Shown one piece after another: positions 39,672 through 49,641 of a DNA stretch of 64,000 nt. A program made the translations under genes and the position numbers. Position 1 is the first letter of the stretch; each line of letters opens with the position of its first letter. Source of the stretch: an uncultured delta proteobacterium (GTDB taxonomy: Bacteria; Desulfobacterota; Desulfomonilia; UBA1062). Below the pieces are notes generated by a model, which ran no database searches, was not told the origin of the DNA, and saw nothing but the letters and a program-made list of their open reading frames with translations. The stretch is taken from assembly GCA_963752595.1 (NCBI GenBank), contig CAVVYZ010000015.1:1-64000 (forward strand), given 5' to 3'.

Positions 39672-40772
39672 CTATATGATCAGTGAATAATCTCTATACC
39701 GGTCAGGATCGCTGTTTTCTCCTGCCTCTGCTGCCTTGATGATGTTGTACATCTCCCTGGCCGAGACAAAATGTAGGGCAAAGCCGGTTTGTTCGGCGTG
39801 AAGGATCAGAGTTTGCAGAAAGCTTCTCATCTGACCGCTGAAAAACATCTCGGCATTTTTTTTCACTGCGCCATGGCAGTGCACCTTGATGAAGATCCAT
39901 TCGGGGCGCCCTATAACCGAGATGTGCTGCCTTTTCCAGAGATCGAAGCGGCGGATTGTGGGCGGTCTGCCTCCGCCTATCTCCGCATTTTCTATACCCG
40001 GGAAAAGTCCATTCTTCCTCGCTTGCCAGTCAAGGGTCAAAGGCCCCTGAACCAGGAGAAGGTCCCCGGAAGCTGCACGGCCAACGCGGACATTCATCCC
40101 CCTGTTGTGCGACAGCGGCCTTTCGGGATCGTCTTTTGCGTAGTAGATGCTGTTGATCTTTGCCGTTTGGGTAACACTGGGAGCAGACGGGAGGGTGAAG
40201 TCTGCATAGCAGCCCGTTTCCTTCAGGATGATCAGCTCATCGTTGATCCCGCACCAGCAGCCGTCCGGCCGTGCGTTATCAAGGGCCCAGTTCCCGTGGA
40301 TAAAGCCGTATCGGGCATCGTTCGTCCCTTTGACCGAGGAGAGCAGCCCATGCTCTCTTCTCAAAAGGCTTTTGAAAGAGAGCATATCCTCGCGGAAACA
40401 GTCGGAAGTCGCCTTGTCGTGATGGATGTGGATCTCTACTTCCCCGAGCCCCATGAGACGGATCTGCGACAGCTGATCCAGGATGCTCCGGGAGTACTCC
40501 TCCTTGGGATAAAAAAAGGTATGCTTATACGGCTTGCCATCGCTTCCCGATATCCCATCCGCAAGCCCGGGAAGATTCTCCACCCATCTTTTTACCCTGT
40601 CCACTGCCAGCGAATCCGATGCATTGCCCCTATAAGGCTCGAAATGATCGACCACGCAGAACATCACGTGCAGCCCGTGATCAGGAAGAGGTCGCCGGAA
40701 TATTCTTTTCAGGCTTGCGTCAAGGTGCGGGATGATCCATCTGTGTATGTTCCTATGCCAATCAATGATAAT
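39672..40772 (-). CDS. conserved His-rich hypothetical protein (putative metal-dependent carbohydrate hydrolase/esterase); start uncertain, possibly ATT
   Basis: DHFEP, EIHIHH, FIHGNWALDN, YADFTLPS, FIKVHCHG; frame open upstream of 40667 to a GGGAGGGG SD. Confidence 0.7.
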   Translation of the reverse strand: MIIDWHRNIHRWIIPHLDASLKRIFRRPLPDHGLHVMFCVVDHFEPYRGNASDSLAVDRVKRWVENLPGLADGISGSDGKPYKHTFFYPKEEYSRSILDQLSQIRLMGLGEVEIHIHHDKATSDCFREDMLSFKSLLRREHGLLSSVKGTNDARYGFIHGNWALDNARPDGCWCGINDELIILKETGCYADFTLPSAPSVTQTAKINSIYYAKDDPERPLSHNRGMNVRVGRAASGDLLLVQGPLTLDWQARKNGLFPGIENAEIGGGRPPTIRRFDLWKRQHISVIGRPEWIFIKVHCHGAVKKNAEMFFSGQMRSFLQTLILHAEQTGFALHFVSAREMYNIIKAAEAGENSDPDRYRDYSLII

Positions 40773-40807
40773 TATCCCCTCCCGATAATAATACAGCCGT
40801 CGTGTTC

Positions 40808-42121
40808 CTAGATGATCTGTTTGATGGCGATCAGCCAGTACAAGCCGATGATACCTGCCATGATGATGAAGACTGTCCTTGCGTCATTCCCGGAAAAGAA
40901 CAAATTTTCATCCCCGTTCTCTTTTTGCGATACGGCAAACGATGCTGCACATAACCCCAGAAAAAGAAACAAAAGGTCATTTAAAAGGACAATAAATAGA
41001 GAAGCTGTGCACAGCCCTGCAAAGCTGCAGAACAACGCTCTGGGAAAGTCCGGGTATGGAGAGGCCGTCTCTTTCTGCCTTGAGAAAAACGCGAGCAGTT
41101 TGGTTTTGAAAGGATCCGAGCTCCTGATCCCATTCCGGTTCAATAAAACGATCGAGAGCCCTTTGAAGCTGAACCAGATGAGCGAAATGAATATAAAAAA
41201 TCCCAAAAGCCCAGTTTCTGAGAATATACTGACATAGTTGCTATGTGCGATGAGGCCTGATTCCGTACACTCGACGAACCGGCCCGGGCCGATGCCGAGC
41301 AATGGATTATGTCTTAATAGGTTGAGCCCTTGCTCCCACACCCAAGTCCGCTGATGAGCGGAGGATTCGCTCGAACTTACGGAAGTCATTCTTGCCGGCA
41401 GGAATATCCCGGAAAAAGCAATGGCAGCAATGAAAACAACCGAGGCTTTCTTTATGGGAAATTTCATGAGGACGTACAGTAGCAGTGTTACTATCGCGGC
41501 AAGCGTGTCGCCGCGTGAATCGACGTAATACAGTCCCAGCAGGATAAACGGCAGAAAGAATCCTGCCAAGAGGCGATGCCAGAGTATTATTCTGCTGAAC
41601 AGGAATTCGAGGCAGACCGGTATTGCCAGTAAAAAAATGACTCCGAAGGAGTTGGAACCGTCCCATTCCCCGCACCATACCGCCCGCGGAGGGTTATAGC
41701 GGAGGAGGGGAACGATCCCGCCGAAACCTGTGCCCGTATTCAACTGGAGCACGGCGTGAATCCCGAGCAATCCCGCCGATATCATGAACAACCAGAGGAC
41801 TTTGCCGATCTTCTGTTCATCATCGATGAGAAGGATGATCATGTAGAACACCAGTGCCCGTTTCAGGAAGGTGCTTACCTGCAGGAAAACCGATCCCATT
41901 CCGGCATTGAAAAGGGCCGATAATGCAATAACGGCCAGAAACAAAGGGAGCAGATAATACTGAGGCATCTTCTCCCGTGAAAGTATGCGGTTGTTCATTG
42001 TCAGCCCGAAAAGAAACCCGGGCAATACGGTCAGCCAGGCTACCGGCCACCCGAGGAAAGCATGAGAAAAGTCCTGAGGCCGTATCAATAATTGCACGAT
42101 ATAAAGGTAGGTAAGGATCAT
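40808..42121 (-). CDS. O-antigen ligase / Wzy-type polymerase
   Basis: multi-TM; SRG, R..W..G..HNPLLGIG, AHSNY..ETG. Confidence 0.82.
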   Translation of the reverse strand: MILTYLYIVQLLIRPQDFSHAFLGWPVAWLTVLPGFLFGLTMNNRILSREKMPQYYLLPLFLAVIALSALFNAGMGSVFLQVSTFLKRALVFYMIILLIDDEQKIGKVLWLFMISAGLLGIHAVLQLNTGTGFGGIVPLLRYNPPRAVWCGEWDGSNSFGVIFLLAIPVCLEFLFSRIILWHRLLAGFFLPFILLGLYYVDSRGDTLAAIVTLLLYVLMKFPIKKASVVFIAAIAFSGIFLPARMTSVSSSESSAHQRTWVWEQGLNLLRHNPLLGIGPGRFVECTESGLIAHSNYVSIFSETGLLGFFIFISLIWFSFKGLSIVLLNRNGIRSSDPFKTKLLAFFSRQKETASPYPDFPRALFCSFAGLCTASLFIVLLNDLLFLFLGLCAASFAVSQKENGDENLFFSGNDARTVFIIMAGIIGLYWLIAIKQII

Positions 42122-42134
42122 TCTTGGGTTGCTG

Positions 42135-43406
42135 CTATTGCCTCAGGATCTTATCACTCCACGTCTTACGTTTAAAAAGATCTCTGAACAGGGAGACGAA
42201 CAGCAGGACAATGGGGCCGAGATCGTTCACATCAAAAATGTCATAGGCCGTGTTTCTGAACTTGAAAAAGCTCGGCTTGAGTTTGAACCTCTGCGGATTG
42301 AAGAGGAAATGGAGAAGATCGCCGGGAAAGAGCCAGCGGCAGAGAACGTGCTCGGGGTAGCCGCTGTCTTCGCTGATCTTCTGATTGCATGCAAGCATAT
42401 ACAGAAGGTACGGGAAGTCAATGCCGGCAGCTATCGGCAAAGCGATCGAACCCCAGAATTTTGGGTTGATCTCTATGAGCACGCATTCTTTTGTCCTCGG
42501 GTCCTCTTTGAATTCCAGCATTACCACGCCATGCCAATGCATGGATTCCAGCATCTTTTTTGCGAGGGAAACAAGTTCCGGTTTGTAGACACTTTCTCTT
42601 AAGGTGCTCGGACCTCCGTTGATGGGGAACTCCCGGATCCTGCGGTGAACGAACGTCCTCAGGACAGTGCCGTGGTAGCACAAACCTTCGACGCCGTAGG
42701 TATTGCCTCCCGGAGGAATGTATTCCTGGACCAGCGGGAAAGGATACTTGGCGTGAATCCTTTCATACTCACCCTGGAGATGTCTCCTGTCGGATACATA
42801 GCATAATCCGCGGGAACCCGAGCTCTTTCTCGCCTTGATGACGACCGGCGTGGGCATCAACTTGAGGGTATTGAGCGCCTCCTCCTCGGTATTGAAGACA
42901 AAAGTGCGGGGAACCGGTATATCGAGCTTGTCGGCATATTCCATGGTTTTTGCTTTATTTCGGGCGATCATGAATGTGTCGTGGTCGACTACCGGGACGG
43001 TCATGTGCTTTTGAAGCTCGCTTAAGTGCATGGTAACAGGCTCCATTGTTCGTTCATCGATGGGAAAAAGGATATCGAAGCGTTTCTTCTTTCCGGAATC
43101 GATCAGCCATTGAATAAAGTGGTCTTCGTTTTCCGGGGACGGGTAGACGGCTCTCTGTGAAGCATACCGCGAGAAAGAACCGATGGACAGCGGACGATCG
43201 TCTCCGGCGATCACATGAATCCCTTTTCTGCCCAAGGATCGAATGATCGGAACAGACTTCCTTTGGGCGGCATCCGTAACAAGTACTTTCTTTTCAAAAC
43301 GTAAGTCCTCGTTTCCCGGATAAGGAGCGGGGACTTGAACGATTTCCTCGCTCAGTTCTTCCGCACCGTACTCCCGGACGAGAGCCGTATTGGGATAGTG
43401 AAGCAT
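42135..43406 (-). CDS. ATP-grasp ligase
   Basis: IRSLGRKG, PVVIKARKSSGSRG, VQEYIP, RIREFPINGGPS, LEFK, IEINPKFWGS. Confidence 0.88.
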   Translation of the reverse strand: MLHYPNTALVREYGAEELSEEIVQVPAPYPGNEDLRFEKKVLVTDAAQRKSVPIIRSLGRKGIHVIAGDDRPLSIGSFSRYASQRAVYPSPENEDHFIQWLIDSGKKKRFDILFPIDERTMEPVTMHLSELQKHMTVPVVDHDTFMIARNKAKTMEYADKLDIPVPRTFVFNTEEEALNTLKLMPTPVVIKARKSSGSRGLCYVSDRRHLQGEYERIHAKYPFPLVQEYIPPGGNTYGVEGLCYHGTVLRTFVHRRIREFPINGGPSTLRESVYKPELVSLAKKMLESMHWHGVVMLEFKEDPRTKECVLIEINPKFWGSIALPIAAGIDFPYLLYMLACNQKISEDSGYPEHVLCRWLFPGDLLHFLFNPQRFKLKPSFFKFRNTAYDIFDVNDLGPIVLLFVSLFRDLFKRKTWSDKILRQ

Positions 43407-43457
43407 GGTAACCTCCTAAGAATGTCCCGGCCGTGAGTGCGGCAGAGACTAAAAAAA

Positions 43458-44135
43458 TCAAGTGGCGGGGCTCATCCACCGGCAGCAGGAACGTATCGCT
43501 TTTCTCACTTTATGGTTCATGAGCAGCCGCAGGTAAGGCGACGATTTTTTTACATAGGACCGGGCACGGGCGAGAGATTGCAAAAAATCTTTTCCCGAGG
43601 TGAAGTCCTCCATCTCAATCAGGACATTCCCAAGCTCGTACGGCGAGTGTGCGTCACTTCCGGCCGATTTCACCACATACCCGCTGTTGATCCAATCGCT
43701 CAGCCATTTCCGGGCGCTGCTTTCTGTCCTGGTTCGAGCGTTGAAGACCTCTACGATATCGATCTCGCTGCACAGGTCTCTGATCCCGGCGACGTTCAGG
43801 GAAGAATCCCGGCCGGTGCTTAAAGGGTGGGGGAGGTATACAAGGCCTCCTTGCTCCTTTATCTGACCGATTGTCTTTTCCAGACCTTGCACGGGGGCAA
43901 TCCAGTGCTTGAGAAAAATGCCGATGATTTCGCCATCACCGGTATCGACTTCTTCGCCCACAATGATGCGGAAAGGTGCAGTCCGTTTCAGTTCAAAGGC
44001 CCCTTCGATGCGATTGTGGTCGGTAACGGCAAGACAGGTAATGCCTACTTTATTGCAACGGTCGATAATCCATTCTGTGCGGTTGCACGAATCGTGAGAG
44101 TATATGGTATGGCAGTGGAGGTCGGCGGTTATCAT
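43458..44135 (-). CDS. PHP-domain phosphoesterase
   Basis: DLHCHT..S.D, AVTDHN, GEE, PHP, GSDAH; ATGA overlap with upstream GT. Confidence 0.88.
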   Translation of the reverse strand: MITADLHCHTIYSHDSCNRTEWIIDRCNKVGITCLAVTDHNRIEGAFELKRTAPFRIIVGEEVDTGDGEIIGIFLKHWIAPVQGLEKTIGQIKEQGGLVYLPHPLSTGRDSSLNVAGIRDLCSEIDIVEVFNARTRTESSARKWLSDWINSGYVVKSAGSDAHSPYELGNVLIEMEDFTSGKDFLQSLARARSYVKKSSPYLRLLMNHKVRKAIRSCCRWMSPAT

Positions 44136-45292
44136 GATCCTTTTTTTGCAAGAGACCGTTCTACTACAGTGGCGAATGTATCGGCAATCCGGGGCCATGT
44201 ATAGGAAGCCTGCAGTGCTTCAAAACCTTTCTCTGCGCGACGGCAGGCCTCCTCCGGCTGATTCAGTATTTTTTGTATAGTGGAAACGATCTCGCGGGAG
44301 CTGTCGGCCCAGTATACAAAGCCGTTGCCGATCCTCTGCACTTCCCGGATCCTTGAGGATATGACGGGCTTTTTGAAGGCCATGTACTCGAAGAGCTTGA
44401 TCGGGCAAGCACCATGGGTAAGAGGGCTGGGTTTGAACGGGTTGAGGCAGATATCAAATGAATCGATGCGCCTGAGGATCTCCGGGTGTGACAGCCCTCC
44501 GGTCAAGACCAGGTTGTCAAGCTTCAGACGGTCCTTCTCGTTCTTGATACGCTCAAATTCTCTGCCGCCTCCTGCAATAACAAAGGTGCAATTTTTCAGG
44601 ACATGCGCTGCCTCGATAATCTGCTGGAAATCGATGAAATATTCCAGAGACCCGATAAAACCTATCACCGGGCCTTTCAAATCTTTCTTCAGCTCTCGGC
44701 CTGATCCGGGGCGGACGGAATCTATGTCTACGCCATTGGGCAAGTAGGTGCTCCCCGGAAAATATTTTTTCGCGAGATGATGGGATACCGAGAATACGCA
44801 GTCACAGTTATGAAGCATCTTCATCAACAGCGCCCCGGCAAACTTCATGATGAGTCTGTTGGAGAATTTCCCGAGTTCATGGGCCAGGAGGTCGAGGTGA
44901 TCGTCCCCCAGGTCGTAGATCGTCACGACATCGCGGCGTCTGCTCAACGGCATGAGGGCCATATTGTAAAACAGAACGGCGTCGATGTTATATGCATCGA
45001 TCAGCACACCTGCATCGGCATTCATTTTGAGGCAATATGCACCTTTTTTCATTATTTTGTTGAATGGCATGCGAGCATTCCAGAATCGCGGGCTGATGTC
45101 GGCCTCGAGAAGACGGACTTTTGTATCGGCAGGTCCGTCTACTTCGACGAATCCGGAATCCGTTGAGTTCATCATGGGCGGCTGTACCAGATAGACGATA
45201 TGCCCTCCACGCGAAAGATGATCGAATATCTGATAGTATCTTGACCGGTTCAGCGAATTCCATCTTGCCAGGTAGGGAACCAGGATATTCAT
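44132..45292 (-). CDS. GT4 glycosyltransferase
   Basis: LPNGVD, GFIGSL, PIKLFEYMA..KPVI. Confidence 0.87.
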   Translation of the reverse strand: MNILVPYLARWNSLNRSRYYQIFDHLSRGGHIVYLVQPPMMNSTDSGFVEVDGPADTKVRLLEADISPRFWNARMPFNKIMKKGAYCLKMNADAGVLIDAYNIDAVLFYNMALMPLSRRRDVVTIYDLGDDHLDLLAHELGKFSNRLIMKFAGALLMKMLHNCDCVFSVSHHLAKKYFPGSTYLPNGVDIDSVRPGSGRELKKDLKGPVIGFIGSLEYFIDFQQIIEAAHVLKNCTFVIAGGGREFERIKNEKDRLKLDNLVLTGGLSHPEILRRIDSFDICLNPFKPSPLTHGACPIKLFEYMAFKKPVISSRIREVQRIGNGFVYWADSSREIVSTIQKILNQPEEACRRAEKGFEALQASYTWPRIADTFATVVERSLAKKGS

Positions 45293-46481
45293 GCAGTCTC
45301 CGTCTCTTGAATGTGATTCATGCCGTTTTTATTCAACTGATCGAAGATTCCAGTGCACCGGGCCTTCCAGTTGTGATCTTTTTCAACCCTTAAGCGTGCC
45401 GTGCGCCCCATAGCCTGTCTCCGCTCGGGCTCCTTCACCAGGCTCAAGATCGCACATGTCAGTTCATAAAGCTTTCCGGGCGCAAAGAGGAGGCCGTCTC
45501 GGCCGTGGTCAACCGCATCTCGCAATGGTCCGAAATCCGGAGCAACCACCGGTTTGCCCAGTGCCATGTACTCGAATACTTTCATCGGTGAGCCGTAATC
45601 GTTGGAATGCGGCATGACCGCGATGTCCATAGCGGCAATGTATTCGGGGAGCGCAGCATGGGGGATGAACCCGGGAAATACAAGATGAAGGTTTTTGGGG
45701 AGAGGGGCGGCTTTTTCCATAAGGGCGCTTTTGCTTCCCCCGTCGCCGATGAGTATGAGTCCGATATGTATACTCTCGGTATCCGCAGCGGCGATGCAGG
45801 AATCGATCAGAAGATCCACCCTATGCCATGGTGCAAAACTGCCCACATAACCTATCACGACATCGGGCGATTTATGGAACAGCCCCTGTTTCAGTTTCTC
45901 GGGCGAACCCCCGTTCACATGGAAATGCGATGGATCGACCGCATTCGGCGAGATGAGGATTTTGCGATCGTCATAGCCCCGGTTTACCAATTCACCGGCA
46001 AGCTTGGAGGAAACCGGCAGGAGCAGTGATGCTTTCCGGAAGACCAGGTGCTCAAAGAGTCTCGTGAGGGGAAGGAACACCTTTGATCTTGATCGAACCC
46101 CCAAGTCGTTGTGTACGGTGTAATTGACTTCCACGAGGAACGGCACCTTCCAGATCCCGGCAGCACAGGCACCTGCAATGCCGAGGAAGGCATACCTCTC
46201 ATAGAGAACATCGCAGCCGAAATTTAATTTTGTATTCATGAGCTGCATGAATGCCGCGGGGTTGTGCGACAATTCGAGACATTCGAAAAAGAACTGGGGT
46301 GCATTCCCGGCAATAGACTTGACTGCTCCTTTTTCCCCTCATTCGTCGACACGCCGACGCCGGGAGGCGAAACGATCTTCGTCCTGTACCCGCACTCCCT
46401 CATCCCGCAGGCAATCCCCTGAAGATGGACCGCTTCGACCCCTTTCCCCTGTGTCCTGTGATGGATGATTACCCTGTTCAA
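45289..46481 (-). CDS. GT4 glycosyltransferase, frameshifted near 46330-46338
   Basis: AAGGAG SD + TTG 46481 (HHRTQGKGVEAVH..); C-terminal frame has YERYA, PNAVD, SPMKVFEYMA. Confidence 0.82.
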
Positions 46482-47085
46482 TGGTTTCAACTCCTTAGAA
46501 TCAATAAAAGGCAAGGCTCCGCAGTATCGGGTGAATCCCTTCTTTTGAAAAGTCGAGGACATTGGGTATATCGTTGCGGAAAAGGTGGGTTCTTTCGCTC
46601 CGGCGTGCCTTAGACAGGCATAGGCACACGCCTTTCACGAAAATCAACCTCCTTAAGTCTGCATGAGCATCTCATGAACAAAGATGGATGGGCTCCCGTT
46701 TAAGAGTGTGAGGCCTCCTCATTCGCGGTAAGGGAAATTCACAGAACAACAAAGAATGTTTTTTCCGCACAAGTGAAGAAACAAAGTCGGTCCTCCTCGT
46801 TATAATATTATCAAATAGAGGGTAATGGTTTCATCGATACATGTGGTAAGGCCCTAACAATACAGCATCAAAAACTATGCTCAATAGTTGTGCATTTATT
46901 CCCGGTGCTTCATTTAAACCATGGTGAGAATATTCTCGGTTAACAGCTGTCGATACCCAAGGCAATATTCATATAAAAAAACACAATACCCTTGAATGAT
47001 ATAGTAGAAATGACCTGCAGAAAAACAAGATTTACATGCCTATTCGATTACTCCAGAATTATCGGGCACGGCTATTTCTCATACG

Positions 47086-48567
47086 CTAAGGGACATCTCT
47101 CTTCATCTCCCATGCCGTGATCATACGGGACAGGATTTTCGTAATAAACCCTATCTCCTCCGGTTTATAGAACCCGACCGCATAGAGAAGCAGAGGATAG
47201 ATAAACAGGACAGGAAGTTTCATCGCTGCCGATAAGTAGGGGCTTTCATGATAAGGCAGGGAAGACAGGATCGCGAGCACGGTAAAGACTGCAGCAACCT
47301 TGAAACAGCGCAACCATTCGTACTGAACGGGATAAACGAGCTGTGAGCAGTATAAACTGAGAAAGGCCACAAGCATGCGGGTAGCACAGACCGATATGGC
47401 AGCGCCCATGATGCCGTACGGAGGAATGAGCAGCCACAGGGTAACGATATTGAAAAGAGCCGCCCCTGCGAACACGAAGGTGAGGACACGGGTGTTTTTC
47501 TTGAGATATACGCCGATCTGAAACATGTAATACATGCCTCCCCAGAAAACCGAAACCAGGAGTATAGGGATCACTTCATAGGCATTCCAATAGCTCTTAT
47601 TTGCCATGACCTGGATAATTTCCCGGGAAAAAGCCGTAGCAGCCAAGGATGCCCAGAGGAAGAAGAAACAGAAGTAGGTCATTACCCGGGCATAGATCGA
47701 CTTTGCATTCTCTTTATGCATGATGGAAAACCGGAACGGGCCGTAGCCCTTGGTAAAGGGATGAAAGATGAGAAAGTTCGTTGCGTTCGCAAACCGCATG
47801 CCCAGTGCATACAGACCAACAGCGGTCAGAGAGGTATAGGTCTTCAAGAGAAACCGGTCTGCCAGCCCCATGACGGTTCCGCATATGCTCACGAATATCA
47901 AAGGCAGCGTGTATCTGATCAGCCGGAAAAACAAAGGAACATCGATGTCGAGACTGCACCTTCTGCAGGTGAAAATTCCGAAAAAGAGAAAAGGAACAAC
48001 GGTTCCGATGAGGTTTCCCACAAGGACCCCGAATACTGACCATTTCCACACGGCAACGAAGAGAATACAGAAAGAGAGCTTTATCACAAGCTCGACTAAG
48101 GTAACGATAATAAAGAGATACGCACGCTCCAGGGCTCTGATGTAGGCATAGAGAATCTCATTCGACAGGCTGATGAGCAGCCAGGCGAAGAGCACGGCGA
48201 AATGTTTCGCATAGAGCGCTGTGGAAAATATCCATTGGGAGAACTGCCTGGAGAACAGGGCGCACATGCTCAGCACGATTGCGCAGAAGGAGAAATACAG
48301 GATGAAAGAGCTGCTGATAACCCTGTTCCTCTCGGCTTCGGAATCATACTCGAAATAAAACCGCAGCGTAGCGTGGGAAAACTGGGTGCCCAGAAAAATG
48401 GAGATCATGGCCGTGGTCATGTAGAAGAGCTCCAGCGTTCCGAACTCTGCAGGAGAGAGATAGTTGGTATACAGAGGCAGCAGGAGGAATGCGCCCAGCC
48501 GGGTCATCATGCTGCCCGCGCCGTAGATCACGGTCTGCCTGCCCAGGCTTTCGATTTCTTTTTTCAT
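47086..48567 (-). CDS. wzx: Wzx-type polysaccharide flippase
   Basis: LLPLYT.YLSP.EFG, ADRFLL, VGLYA, LIP.YGIMGAA; about 14 TM. Confidence 0.87.
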   Translation of the reverse strand: MKKEIESLGRQTVIYGAGSMMTRLGAFLLLPLYTNYLSPAEFGTLELFYMTTAMISIFLGTQFSHATLRFYFEYDSEAERNRVISSSFILYFSFCAIVLSMCALFSRQFSQWIFSTALYAKHFAVLFAWLLISLSNEILYAYIRALERAYLFIIVTLVELVIKLSFCILFVAVWKWSVFGVLVGNLIGTVVPFLFFGIFTCRRCSLDIDVPLFFRLIRYTLPLIFVSICGTVMGLADRFLLKTYTSLTAVGLYALGMRFANATNFLIFHPFTKGYGPFRFSIMHKENAKSIYARVMTYFCFFFLWASLAATAFSREIIQVMANKSYWNAYEVIPILLVSVFWGGMYYMFQIGVYLKKNTRVLTFVFAGAALFNIVTLWLLIPPYGIMGAAISVCATRMLVAFLSLYCSQLVYPVQYEWLRCFKVAAVFTVLAILSSLPYHESPYLSAAMKLPVLFIYPLLLYAVGFYKPEEIGFITKILSRMITAWEMKRDVP

Positions 48568-48621
48568 AAAGGGGGTCTTTTAAATTTCCAGCATCAAATT
48601 TAATAATAAAGACTTTCTGAT

Positions 48622-49641
48622 TCAGGCAAGGATTTCGGGGAAAAGAAGCTTCGATTTAAACCGGTCAAACGATACGTACCGCTCGATTCTCAAACGTTTC
48701 AGCAGATACCGTTCTTTTTCAATGTTTTTTACCGGCCCGGGAAAATTGGAGATCCCCCAATGATATCCCGTCTGCCGGGCCAGATTGATGACCCAGGGAT
48801 TCATAGCAGACGTATATGATGCGATCGGGTAAGAAATCGCAGAGACCGGCCCTGATATCTTTTCTTCGATGATCTGCCTGGACAGCTTCAGCTCACTCGA
48901 TATCTCTTCACTAGTCCCGTTTCCGAGGATCATATGGCTCTGCGTATGTGATCCGATCTCCATTCCGTATTGGTCCATCTCCAGGACCTGACCCCAGGAA
49001 AGCGCTTTTACGAACGGGATGTCTTCTTCGGGAATTTCCGGCAATGACTGTTCGATCTGCTGCAGCAGGCTCAATCTGATGCCGTTGGGCACCCGGGTGA
49101 TGATCCGGTACAGGTCTTCGCTGGGAAATGGGCCTGTTTCCCTCCAGCCGTTTTCCAGGACGCCCGAATACCGCTCCAGTCCCAGGCGGTCGGTCTCGAT
49201 CAATCCTTTTTTCCGGTAATAAGCCAGTCTTTCGAACCAGAAGGCCGTGCTATTATCGATATAATCGGTAGACAGAAAGAAAACGGCCTTCAGACGGTAT
49301 TTCTTCAATATCGGGAAGGCATTTTCATAATTGTCCGCATACCCGTCGTCGAACGTGATGATCAGGGAACGATCAGGCAGCTGTGCGCCGTTTTTTTCAC
49401 ACTTTTCGATATCTTTAAAGGTCATTACCCGGTAATGAGCGCTTACATATTCCATCTGCTTCTCGAAATCCCTGACCGAAGCGCTGATGAGTTCGTTGTC
49501 AAAAGGATAGAGCTGCTCATCGATATCAAGCACACGGTGATAAGCGAGTATGCGTAAAACATGTTTATCCGATATCCTTAATGATGCCGGATAGAGAACA
49601 GGATGACATACCAGTGACGACAGCAGGGCTCGTTTATTCAT
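48622..49641 (-). CDS. polysaccharide deacetylase (CE4/NodB)
   Basis: LAYHRV, ITFDDGYADN, GSHTQSH, SYP; TAATG coupling to upstream gene. Confidence 0.88.
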   Translation of the reverse strand: MNKRALLSSLVCHPVLYPASLRISDKHVLRILAYHRVLDIDEQLYPFDNELISASVRDFEKQMEYVSAHYRVMTFKDIEKCEKNGAQLPDRSLIITFDDGYADNYENAFPILKKYRLKAVFFLSTDYIDNSTAFWFERLAYYRKKGLIETDRLGLERYSGVLENGWRETGPFPSEDLYRIITRVPNGIRLSLLQQIEQSLPEIPEEDIPFVKALSWGQVLEMDQYGMEIGSHTQSHMILGNGTSEEISSELKLSRQIIEEKISGPVSAISYPIASYTSAMNPWVINLARQTGYHWGISNFPGPVKNIEKERYLLKRLRIERYVSFDRFKSKLLFPEILA

